Made by a program: the position numbers and the translations under genes. A stretch of 64,000 nt of DNA from an uncultured Nitrososphaerales archaeon (lineage in GTDB: Archaea > Thermoproteota > Nitrososphaeria > Nitrososphaerales > JACAEJ01), in contig CALLJF010000012.1 of NCBI GenBank assembly GCA_938091495.1, positions 32,154 to 96,153 on the forward strand, read 5' to 3'. This document shows, piece after piece, positions 10,396-18,652 of this stretch. Positions within the stretch are counted from its first letter, which is position 1, and each line of letters begins with the position of its first letter. Below the pieces are notes generated by a model that made no database searches, had not been told where the DNA came from, and was given only the letters and a program-made list of their open reading frames with translations.

Positions 10396-10490
10396 TTAAA
10401 TCCGATCTCATACAATAAACTTCTGCTAATATAGGTTTATCCGGACACTATCGATGCTCTTACAAAAAGATTTTAAATAATGCCAGCCAA

Positions 10491-10694
10491 ATGGTTGATG
10501 GTTTGAGTCTCATAAAAAAGAGAATTCAGAAGCTGGAGAAAAGGATCGATGAGTTAGAGGATACAATAGAAGTCTTGAGCGACTCTGAAGCAATTAAGGA
10601 GATAAAAGATGCATTAGAAGATATAAAAGAAGGAAGGTTCAAAATTTACGATGATATAGATGCTTATATGGCAGAGCTGGGCTCATCTCCTTGA
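10491..10694 (+). CDS. Putative antitoxin (small coiled-coil protein paired with RelE/ParE toxin)
   Basis: 67 aa, acidic and helical, with LSDSEAIKEIKDALEDIKEGRF typical of antitoxins found upstream of RelE/ParE genes. Its stop overlaps the toxin start by 4 nt. Confidence 0.6.
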   Translation: MVDGLSLIKKRIQKLEKRIDELEDTIEVLSDSEAIKEIKDALEDIKEGRFKIYDDIDAYMAELGSSP

Positions 10695-10945
10695 AATATC
10701 GCATCATAGTAACTAATACTTTCGATAAATGTATGCGCAGGTTAATGCCAGATAATAGGGAGAGAGCTCGGCGGCTTATCAAAGAGATTCAAGCAAACCC
10801 TTATGCCTTCAAGGAGTTAAGCGGGAAGCTTAGAGGGCTGAGAAGTGCAAGGTTTGGAGATTATAGGATTATCTTTGCTATAAATGAGAGGCAAAAGACA
10901 GTAATCTTATTTTCTGTAAGACCGAGAGAAAGAGCCTATGAATAG
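10691..10945 (+). CDS. relE: RelE/ParE-family toxin
   Basis: 84 aa. The pattern ...LSGKLRGLRSARFGDYRIIFAINERQKTVILFSVRPRERAY matches the RelE/ParE C-terminal signature (R-x-G-DYR-I-I/Y ... V-x-I-x-x-V-x-x-R). Confidence 0.8.
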   Translation: MKYRIIVTNTFDKCMRRLMPDNRERARRLIKEIQANPYAFKELSGKLRGLRSARFGDYRIIFAINERQKTVILFSVRPRERAYE

Positions 10946-10954
10946 TGATAGTCA

Positions 10955-10980
10955 GCCTAAAAAATGCTTAGGCGTTTTCC
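10955..10980 (+). terminator. Hairpin plus T-run after relE
   Basis: GCCTAA (10955-10960), a 7-nt loop, TTAGGC (10968-10973), then GTTTTCC. Confidence 0.35.
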
Positions 10981-11042
10981 AATAGGCTGTAAAAATTTAA
11001 ATCGTTAAGAGTTCTACTGGCTTTAGCTTTTTTGTTAATGGA

Positions 11043-11279
11043 TCAACTTGATAGCCTAATGATTCTAAGCTTGTTGCTTGTGCACCTGCTGTAATTGCAT
11101 CTAGCTTGAATCAAAGCGTTGAATATTAATGATATGAGCAAATATGAACTAGCTGTTATATGTAATAATGCTAATGATTCAAACTTAGGAGTTATTATAG
11201 CACTAAGCCTTGCACCACAATTACCACAGAACTTCAAATTGGATGGATTTTCAAATCCACACTTCTCACATTTGATCAA
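11043..11279 (-). pseudogene. Truncated paralog (5' fragment) of the zinc-ribbon membrane gene
   Basis: The first ~60 codons (MIKCEKCGFENPSNLKFCGNCGARLSAIITPKFESLALLHITASSYLLISLIFNALIQA) parallel 9925..10350. After that come 18 unrelated codons and a stop. DNA homology about 11103-11330 vs 10171-10400. Confidence 0.7.
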
Positions 11280-11310
11280 AATTACATCATCCTCTCTGTA
11301 TCCATAATTT

Positions 11311-11327
11311 GATTATTTAACTTTTCA
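11311..11327 (-). promoter_or_regulatory. Second copy of the BRE/TATA-like 17-mer
   Basis: gattatttaacttttca is identical to 10379..10395 and lies 32 nt upstream of the truncated ORF start. Confidence 0.45.
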
Positions 11328-11391
11328 ATATGGTTCTGATCATCCTTTATCTCACAAAACTATCTCTAATTGATTATATGCTGAGGAAAAA

Positions 11392-11730
11392 TCAGCCTTT
11401 AGCCTCAATCCTTGCAAGGCGGGCTTCAAGTTCCATGATCTTTTCCATAAGAGGCATGCGTTTCTCTATGGAGTCAAATCGAGTGATCATCTCATTTCTT
11501 AATGATAATAGCCTCTCTTCTAAAGCCTTGAACTTTGCATCCATTTCGTTTCTTAATGACCCAAGCCTCTCATTCATCTCATTTCTCAAGCTCGCTATCC
11601 CTTTCTCCACACTATCTACTCTCTTATCTAAGCTATCTATCCTTGCGTGTATAGCCTTTATTTCGCCTGTTATCTCGCTCAGCCTTGGCAGTAAGAGCCT
11701 TTCAATCCAGCTTGGTATCTTTTCAGCCAA
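11392..11730 (-). CDS. Coiled-coil protein with three SLRNEM repeats
   Basis: 112 aa, heptad-like throughout. ASLRNEMNERLGSLRNEMDAKFKALEERLLSLRNEMITRF. TTG start with a BRE/TATA-like element about 31 nt upstream. No family recognised. Confidence 0.6.
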   Translation of the reverse strand: MAEKIPSWIERLLLPRLSEITGEIKAIHARIDSLDKRVDSVEKGIASLRNEMNERLGSLRNEMDAKFKALEERLLSLRNEMITRFDSIEKRMPLMEKIMELEARLARIEAKG

Positions 11731-11739
11731 GTTTTAGCC

Positions 11740-11835
11740 TCAGCATGTAATGCTCTTTAAGGTTATTTGAAGTTTTCTAATAGAGGATTTTAAATTAGAT
11801 GGATTATTAAATCCACGCTTCTCACATTTTACCAA
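11740..11835 (-). pseudogene. Third, shortest 5' fragment of the zinc-ribbon gene
   Basis: TTG-VKCEKRGFNNPSNLK followed by unrelated residues, with a stop at 11740. 11792-11850 aligns with 10305-10362, including an identical 23-mer ctcacattttaccaaattttatc. Confidence 0.6.
11761..11778 (-). promoter_or_regulatory. BRE/TATA-like element for the coiled-coil gene
   Basis: Gene-sense AGAAAACTTCAAATAACC lies 31 nt upstream of the TTG at 11730. About 14/18 positions match the 17-mer upstream of the zinc-ribbon copies. Confidence 0.4.
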
Positions 11836-11886
11836 ATTTTATCGCCTTATCATAATAAAAAAATAAAGGGTGGGAATTATAGAGCG

Positions 11887-12933
11887 TTAATATTTGATTA
11901 TTCCGTCAAAAGACCCACTGAATGTTTTATCACTAGTATTAATGTCTGCAACGATCGTGCCACTACCTGTTGCACCTTTATATTCTCCAGTACCTGTGAT
12001 GATCGTGTATGTGCCAGTCAAATGATTAATCCCAGTATAACCCTCATTCCATACTTCACGTTGTATGCCCTCTATTTTGATGTGAATCTGATCCCCATTA
12101 ATTATAGTGATATTGAACCTTCCAGTTACAAGAGCGCCTTTGTTCAACGCTGAATAATGCCCCCAATCAGATACAAGATAGCCTTCAAATGTAAAGTAAA
12201 CACCAGTAGTGTTAATTGTTCCAGATCCACTTCCACTCACAGCGTTTACAGCTATCGTATTATTAGGAGGATTAAAAGCGGAATCCTCAGTATAACTACC
12301 ACTGAAAGTTCCTTTGAAATCTGGCTTGGCTATAAGCTTGGCTATAATATAATCTAGTTTATCTTCAAGCTGAGTCTTAAGGTCTGATATAGCTGTTAGA
12401 ATGGCTTTCGTAGCATTTGTTATGGCTGATAGTGTGGTTTCGAACCAATCATTAACGAATTTGTAGAAAGATCCTCCTTCATCTAGCTTATCCTCAATAG
12501 CTAAGATTTCTTTTTTAATATCTAAGAGCTTATCCCATATTGTATAGACGATGAATTGTGCTGAAGCTATTGCAGGAGCAGTATATGGATAGACATCAGC
12601 TCTTATATAGTATGTTCCATATGGTACTGAAGGTATAGTAAGAGTTGTTGTGAATGTTCCTGCAGAACCAACATAAACTGATTTGTATGGTTCACCATAA
12701 TTCCATGCTGAATTGCCGTTGGTATCAAAGTAGACTCTATAATATGTGTAAGGAGTAAAGCCACTTCCAGTAATAGTCACAATAGTTCCTGAAGGACCAC
12801 TAGTTGGAGATAAGGTTAATGTTGCTGGTGAAGCGAATGCTAATGGCACTGTAGCAAATATTGATAGCATAGATATGATGAATAGACTGATTATAGCGGT
12901 GGATAATATCTTCTTATCTTTGGATTGCATCAA
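11887..12933 (-). CDS. Secreted/anchored protein: signal peptide, Ig-like (IPT/TIG-like) domain, coiled coil, beta-rich C-terminal domain
   Basis: 348 aa. Hydrophobic N-terminus ending AFASPA. LTLSPTSGPSGTIVTITGSGFTP is IPT/TIG-like. The central helical segment is EILAIEDKLDEG...LKTQLEDKLDYIIAKL. The C-terminus is G/T/S-rich. Function unknown. Confidence 0.6.
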   Translation of the reverse strand: MMQSKDKKILSTAIISLFIISMLSIFATVPLAFASPATLTLSPTSGPSGTIVTITGSGFTPYTYYRVYFDTNGNSAWNYGEPYKSVYVGSAGTFTTTLTIPSVPYGTYYIRADVYPYTAPAIASAQFIVYTIWDKLLDIKKEILAIEDKLDEGGSFYKFVNDWFETTLSAITNATKAILTAISDLKTQLEDKLDYIIAKLIAKPDFKGTFSGSYTEDSAFNPPNNTIAVNAVSGSGSGTINTTGVYFTFEGYLVSDWGHYSALNKGALVTGRFNITIINGDQIHIKIEGIQREVWNEGYTGINHLTGTYTIITGTGEYKGATGSGTIVADINTSDKTFSGSFDGIIKY

Positions 12934-13219
12934 ATTTTTTGTTATGGACGAATATGATATATAAATCTTATGGAATCTCTAAAAGTCCAACTAAGAAACA
13001 TTAAATACTTCCTCATTTCACTTCTCGTGAACAGTGATAGCGATAAAAAAGCATTATGTAAGAGTCCTTCTTGAAAGAACATTTGCGTATGTTTGAAAAA
13101 ACTCCTAGGCATCACAGCGGATACAGAAGTCTGCTGTCATGCTCTGAAAATCCTTCATGAAAAATTACTTAAGAAGAGAGGATAAGTCTCAATTTTGTAT
13201 TTGACTTGTGATTATCTCT

Positions 13220-13534
13220 TTACTTGAAGTGCTCTATTCGAGGTCTCTCTCTTTCCCTTTCTCTTTCATCTTTTTCAGTAACCTTTTCATCAAAATCAAG
13301 GAAATCTATTGCAAATTGCTTTAATCTGTCGAAGAAGGTCTTAAGCTCCTCTTCATCGAATTTACTCATCTTTATCGGGTTTGATAGCCATTGCATCCAA
13401 CCATTAACACTCTGGTTTATTGCCAAAAGTGACTGAATACAGCCCTCTACATAACCGAGACGATCCTTCGGGGCCATAGCATCCAATGATTTTCTGCGCT
13501 CTTTAATTATCTCTGTCCAACTTCGGCCTGCCAT
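13220..13534 (-). CDS. Hypothetical protein with ERERER C-terminal tail
   Basis: 104 aa, a clean ORF with plausible composition. No motif recognised with confidence. Confidence 0.5.
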   Translation of the reverse strand: MAGRSWTEIIKERRKSLDAMAPKDRLGYVEGCIQSLLAINQSVNGWMQWLSNPIKMSKFDEEELKTFFDRLKQFAIDFLDFDEKVTEKDERERERERPRIEHFK

Positions 13535-13604
13535 ATCTTTGAATTCATCCTCCTAACTTATAATACTATCGCCTAAAATATTTTGCCGTAATGATATGAA
13601 TAAT

Positions 13605-14657
13605 TCACCTTATGTATTTTGAGACAAAGTTTTCGTAGGCATCTCTCAACTTTATAATCTTTGGAGGATGTTTGAAACCATAACCACAGATATCTAAAGG
13701 CGCACCAAATTCTCCTTCATCTTTTGCAACTTTTACAGCTCTTATCACATCGAGCAAGATGTTTCCAGCATTAGGACCATCAGATGAGCGCAGATATATA
13801 TCAAACTTTATAGATGAGCCCAAAAAACCCTCTCCTTGTATCCAGTAGTAGCTAGTCCTATCATTTTGCAGATAATCGACGTAGTCAGTAGTCCCAGCCA
13901 CAGTTTCAAACTCGTAAGGCAGTTCAACGGATATGGCTTTTGTCTTCATATTCCTTTTTATGAACTTAACATTCTCATTTAATGTGTTAAAAGTCTCAGC
14001 TCCTCCGCCAACGTCTAATTGATAACTTTTCATGACCCTTATCCCTCTACTGTGCATGAAGTCAAGGATGCCTTTATGAAAAGCAGTCCCTCCAAACTGG
14101 CTCATAAGGTCGTCGCCAACTACAACTAAATTCTCTTCTTTGAATTTTTTTACCATGCTCTCATCAGATGCTATTAATGATGGAGTTGCATTGATAAAGC
14201 AACACCCTGATTTAATAGCGACTTCAGCATAAAATTTTGATGTCTTATCTAAGCCTGATGATATCAGATTCACTAAAACATCCACTTTGCTTTCTTTCAA
14301 TGCATCTATCATATCACAAGGCTCATCATTCTTAATATCAAAAGAATTTCTTAGATGATATGAGAGATCATCGTATAAGAAGCCTCTTTTAACCTTTACA
14401 TTCAAAGCATTAACATCAAAGTACTTTTTTGCCACGTTAGGTTTTGAGAATATGGCTTCAGAGAGGTCTAAGCCTATCTTCTTAGCATCTATGTCAAAGG
14501 CTTCAACTATTTCCAAATCACTGACTCTATAATTTCCTATCAATCTGTGCCAAAGACCATTTTTAGAGTCGTTCTCACTATAGTAAATTATCCCCTGAAC
14601 TAAACTGCATGCACAATTGCCTATACCTATTAGTGCTATTCTTATCTTGCCACTCAT
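13605..14657 (-). CDS. ino1: myo-Inositol-1-phosphate synthase (archaeal short form)
   Basis: 350 aa. N-terminal Rossmann IRIALIGIGNCACSLVQGI and overall similarity to archaeal/bacterial MIPS. Confidence 0.8.
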   Translation of the reverse strand: MSGKIRIALIGIGNCACSLVQGIIYYSENDSKNGLWHRLIGNYRVSDLEIVEAFDIDAKKIGLDLSEAIFSKPNVAKKYFDVNALNVKVKRGFLYDDLSYHLRNSFDIKNDEPCDMIDALKESKVDVLVNLISSGLDKTSKFYAEVAIKSGCCFINATPSLIASDESMVKKFKEENLVVVGDDLMSQFGGTAFHKGILDFMHSRGIRVMKSYQLDVGGGAETFNTLNENVKFIKRNMKTKAISVELPYEFETVAGTTDYVDYLQNDRTSYYWIQGEGFLGSSIKFDIYLRSSDGPNAGNILLDVIRAVKVAKDEGEFGAPLDICGYGFKHPPKIIKLRDAYENFVSKYIR

Positions 14658-14697
14658 AGTCTTAAAGCAGTATTGGTTTACTTTTTAATGTTATTGT

Positions 14698-14895
14698 TTA
14701 ATCCAGTTTTGAAATTAGAGCAACTAAGCCAGAGATGATGAATAAGATCGAAATAAAGTAGTATATAGGTGATATCTGAGGAATTATAGGGGTTGTTGCT
14801 GTAAAGTATGCTATAGATATACCTATAATCAAGAATATAAGACCTATAAGGCGGATGAATACATCAATCCTCTCAGTAGTTCTTGAGCCCTTCAA
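14698..14895 (-). CDS. Small membrane protein (2 TM)
   Basis: 65 aa with two hydrophobic helices. No homolog recognised. Confidence 0.4.
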   Translation of the reverse strand: MKGSRTTERIDVFIRLIGLIFLIIGISIAYFTATTPIIPQISPIYYFISILFIISGLVALISKLD

Positions 14896-14939
14896 ATTGG
14901 ATTTTTGTTCTATCTATCTATTAAATAAGCTTATTTGAA

Positions 14940-16040
14940 TCATAGGCTTTTAGCGATTTCTAACTTCTCTGGTAAATACTTATCACTTATCGTTGTCAAA
15001 CCATATTTAGCAAAGGCTTCGAGTTCGCTCTTCTTTCTTATCTTTAAGAAAAAGTCCAATTCCCTCTGCCATATTCCTCCTTTGTACCTTGGGTCTTTCT
15101 TTAGTTCGTAGATGCGTTTTATATCCATATCTGTAAGGGGATCGCTAGGAAGTTTGTATTTTTTTATATCGCTACCCCATACCCCTATCCATTTACCAGA
15201 CGGTACAGTCAACTCTCTTAGATGAGCAGCATTGGCAGATCCAGAAATTATTACCATGGCTATATGTTCGCCATAAACATCCCCATCTGTCAAAATATAG
15301 ACCGATAATCCTAATTCTTGATTCAACCTTCTAAGCATATATCTTGTAGACCTTGGGGGCTGACCTGCTGTATCTATTATCAAGGCTTTGTACCTATTGT
15401 GCACTTTCTCTTCAACGAATCTAGTGAACAAACCTCCTTTTTCTACAGCTAAGACCATTTCAGCAGATGTGTCTATAAAGTCAGCAGTGCTCAAGCTCGG
15501 TCCTATTAAGTAACCGTCTGGATGGGAGGCTAAGTTTAACCTCTTCCCTTCATATCCTGGCACAGTATACTCTATAGTAAGGTCGCCGAATATGGCTGAG
15601 CGCTCTTCAGGATAGACATTAAAATCCTCTCTAGCTTTGGACAATAATGCTTCTAAATCCGTTATTATTTCATCAGATTCCGATTGATCCATAAACTCCA
15701 TATCATAGGCTTGAGCAGAGTAGAACACATCTCTAAGAGTGCTTGTCTTTCCTTGCTCTATTAACTTTTTTACAAAAAAAGCCAGCCATATCAATTGAGT
15801 AAAAGGGCGGATATGTTTTATATTATGAGTTGATCTTCTTACAGAGGTTTTGCCAAGGATGTATTGCTTTAGTCTTTCATCATAAACTATGTTCCTCACA
15901 GATCTGCTTGGAAAATTTATTTCTGGAAATACGCCTTCATTTATATCTGAGTATATTCTTAACCCTAAATCTTTGAGAAGTTTTCTGACTTCCCTCTTTC
16001 TAGCACTGGCTATACCTTCTTTAGAGATCTTTGAACTCAT
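14940..16040 (-). CDS. top6A: DNA topoisomerase VI subunit A (Spo11-like)
   Basis: 366 aa. 5Y-CAP region, and a Toprim region with VEKGGLF and ILTDGDVYGEHI. Confidence 0.9.
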   Translation of the reverse strand: MSSKISKEGIASARKREVRKLLKDLGLRIYSDINEGVFPEINFPSRSVRNIVYDERLKQYILGKTSVRRSTHNIKHIRPFTQLIWLAFFVKKLIEQGKTSTLRDVFYSAQAYDMEFMDQSESDEIITDLEALLSKAREDFNVYPEERSAIFGDLTIEYTVPGYEGKRLNLASHPDGYLIGPSLSTADFIDTSAEMVLAVEKGGLFTRFVEEKVHNRYKALIIDTAGQPPRSTRYMLRRLNQELGLSVYILTDGDVYGEHIAMVIISGSANAAHLRELTVPSGKWIGVWGSDIKKYKLPSDPLTDMDIKRIYELKKDPRYKGGIWQRELDFFLKIRKKSELEAFAKYGLTTISDKYLPEKLEIAKSL

Positions 16041-16703
16041 AGTCTCAACTAGGATGATTTGCTAAATGTATAGATTTAAAATTTTGGATACCCATTTTTG
16101 ACCTAAATAGATCACGTGATATTTAACAGAATCCAATGTTAACTTAGCCAATACAATATGAAAAACATATCCTTTGCGTATAGCCTTGTTGGGAACGAAT
16201 TTCCTGTGACATGTAAAGTCAGTTGTCCTTTGAAGCTGCATCTATTATCGTAGGAGGCAAGCTCAAACCAATCCTTGCATAAGATTTACGAACCCTATAA
16301 GATCGCTCTTTAATTCACTTACAAAGAGGGAGAAGATTAAAATTTTTAGGTTGGATTAAGAAGACCTACAAGTTTAAGAATCTGACCAGTTTAAAACTCT
16401 CTGTTAGTGAATGTAAGTTGGAGCAAGAAGTATCGTTTAAAGTGAAGTTTAAGCCAAAATTGTCATGGGTGGATAAGGTCTACTTGGGGAATATGCTTAT
16501 TGAGTTATTAGGAACTGTATCAAAAGCAACATCAGCCTTTGATTTTGAAGTTATATCTTCAGAGTGATCTATTTTCATAATTATCAATAACTATCTATTT
16601 AGATTAAGTCAAGAATTGTTAAAGAGTCATAAAACGGTAAGCATATATTCTTGACCAAGAAATATATCAATTGATTAAGATAAGATTTCTCAAAGTGATA
16701 AAA

Positions 16704-17015
16704 ATGGGTAAAAGAAAAGTCTTGAGCGAAGAAGAACTAAAAGATTTAGTGCTTCCAGATAAGGGTGAACTATTGGGGAGAGTGATAAAACTTTTGGGTA
16801 GCGATCACCTCATGATAAAGTGTACAGATGGAAAGGCCAGACTAGGAAGGATTAGGGGGAAATTAAAGCGAAGAATATGGGTGAGAGAGAACGACGTGGT
16901 ATTAGTAGCGCCATGGGAGTTCAAGAGTGACGAAAGATGTGATGTGCTCTGGAGATACACTTTAGCTCAAGTGGATTGGTTGAAGGCCAATAACTATATA
17001 CCGAAGGAATTATGA
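16704..17015 (+). CDS. eif1a: Translation initiation factor aIF-1A
   Basis: The S1/OB-fold factor sequence begins MGKRKVLSEEELKDLVLPDKGELLGRVIKLLG. The start was moved from 16671 to the ATG at 16704. Confidence 0.9.
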   Translation: MGKRKVLSEEELKDLVLPDKGELLGRVIKLLGSDHLMIKCTDGKARLGRIRGKLKRRIWVRENDVVLVAPWEFKSDERCDVLWRYTLAQVDWLKANNYIPKEL

Positions 17016-17159
17016 GTAATAATTTGTTAAAACACATTGCATCTATTCGATAAGAAATAAAGAAGGCTAAGAGGGCAATATACGCACTTATAATGGCAAT
17101 ATATGTTATTAAGGGAGAAAAAACTTGAACTTTTACTCAAGTTAAGAATTGGGGTTTTT

Positions 17160-17957
17160 ATGACTAAAGACGATAATGAGCTTCATGACAAAGAAAGAGA
17201 GAAGCTTGAGCTTAAGCTTCGCACAACGGAGAGAAGGGATAGGATGCTCATAAAGGATCGTTCATCTGAGGCAGCAGTTATGGAGGAGGTCTTTGACAAG
17301 CCTACTTTATTGACCCTTCATTACCTTATGAAGTCTGGAGTTTTAAGAAGTTTGAATGGAGTTGTAAGTTCAGGAAAAGAAGCAAGAATATATTGGGGGG
17401 AGAGAGATGATGGCTCTTCTGTTGCAGTCAAGATATATCTAACTGTTACAGCCGAATTCAAGAAGAGGTTGCCTTACATAATTGGAGATCCCCGTTTTGA
17501 AAATGTTAAGCATGGCTCAAGCAACATAATCAAAATATGGGCACAAAAGGAGTACAAGAACCTTATGACAGCTTACCAAGCAGGAATACCTGTTCCAAAG
17601 CCTCTAGCCATAAAAAGAAACGTCCTTGTAATGGAGTTCATTGGTGATGGTGGTTGGCCTGCCCCTCTTCTTAATGAAGTTGAAGTGAGGCAAAGTGATT
17701 ATAAAAAGGTAATATCCTTAGTAGATAAGTTATACAATAGCGCTAATTTAGTTCATGCGGATTTGTCTGAGTACAACATATTTAAGCATGGAAAGAACCT
17801 TATCCTCTTCGACTTCGGATCAGCTGTGGACATAAGGCATCCTCTCTCAAAAGAATTCCTGATAAAAGACTTAAACAACATAAACCGTTTTTTCGTTAAG
17901 CAGGGGTTAAAGGTGGAGCCTTTAGAAAATTTACTAAAAAAGGTGATTAGACTTTGA
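17160..17957 (+). CDS. rio1: RIO-type serine/threonine kinase (Rio1-like)
   Basis: N-terminal RIO helix region, SSGKEARIY (P-loop-like) and VHADLSEYNI (catalytic loop). The conserved archaeal order is aIF1A-Rio-KH. The start was moved to the ATG at 17160. Confidence 0.85.
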   Translation: MTKDDNELHDKEREKLELKLRTTERRDRMLIKDRSSEAAVMEEVFDKPTLLTLHYLMKSGVLRSLNGVVSSGKEARIYWGERDDGSSVAVKIYLTVTAEFKKRLPYIIGDPRFENVKHGSSNIIKIWAQKEYKNLMTAYQAGIPVPKPLAIKRNVLVMEFIGDGGWPAPLLNEVEVRQSDYKKVISLVDKLYNSANLVHADLSEYNIFKHGKNLILFDFGSAVDIRHPLSKEFLIKDLNNINRFFVKQGLKVEPLENLLKKVIRL

Positions 17958-18517
17958 GCTTCCAAAGGATTGTGAGACTATCGTTGGATCGCATAGGAGT
18001 CTTGGTTGGGAAGAACGGAGTCGTAAAGAGTGAGATAGAGCACAGATGCAATGTGAAATTATCTATAGACAGTAAGAATGGAGAAGTTAGGATAGATTCG
18101 AATGGAGATATAACAAAATCACAGCCTTTCAAAGCCGTAGATATAATAACAGCCATAGGAAGAGGATTTTCCCCACAAAAAGCCTTTAAGCTCTTGGATG
18201 AAGATATGGTTTTGCAAGTGGTTGATTTAAGAGATTATGCAGGAAAGTCCCAAAGCTCTCTTGAACGTATAAAAGGAAGAATTATAGGCTTAGAAGGCAA
18301 GTCGAGAAGGTTCATAGAAGAATTAACTGACGCTTACATCTCTGTCTTTGGTCATACAGTTAGTATCATAGGAAGCGTCAATGGGGCGAGATTGGCTTTG
18401 GATGCAATAGATATGCTTGCATCAGGAAGCACCCATAAGACTGTTTACAACATGCTTCAAAGAGCCAGGAAAAAAGCAAAGATAGATCGACTGAAACTAT
18501 GGGAAAGTCAGGAATGA
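17954..18517 (+). CDS. KH-domain RNA-binding protein (archaeal Dim2/Pno1-like)
   Basis: 187 aa with two KH-like modules (IGVLVGKNGVVK and GRIIGLEGKSRRFIE). Overlaps the rio1 stop. Confidence 0.8.
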   Translation: MSFQRIVRLSLDRIGVLVGKNGVVKSEIEHRCNVKLSIDSKNGEVRIDSNGDITKSQPFKAVDIITAIGRGFSPQKAFKLLDEDMVLQVVDLRDYAGKSQSSLERIKGRIIGLEGKSRRFIEELTDAYISVFGHTVSIIGSVNGARLALDAIDMLASGSTHKTVYNMLQRARKKAKIDRLKLWESQE

Positions 18518-18652
18518 ATAATCTTTGAAGTTTTGCATTCTCTCAAGCTCATGCTCAAGAATAAGATTAATAAATAAAAATTTAATGACCAAGGAGAAAA
18601 GAAATCTTGGATGTTGCAAGGAAGATATATATATAACTATGTTATAAATAAA

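Noticed and set aside
11330-11737. 135-aa plus-strand ORF antisense to the coiled-coil gene
   Set aside because: It is a low-complexity S/L/I-rich translation, typical of the shadow of a K/E/L-rich coiled-coil frame. The minus-strand ORF has heptad structure and a promoter-like element.
16041-16703. Replication origin
   Set aside because: There is only one weak mini-ORB-like match (CACAGGAAATTCG, around 16205). There are no inverted ORB pairs, no adjacent orc1/cdc6 gene and no obvious DUE.
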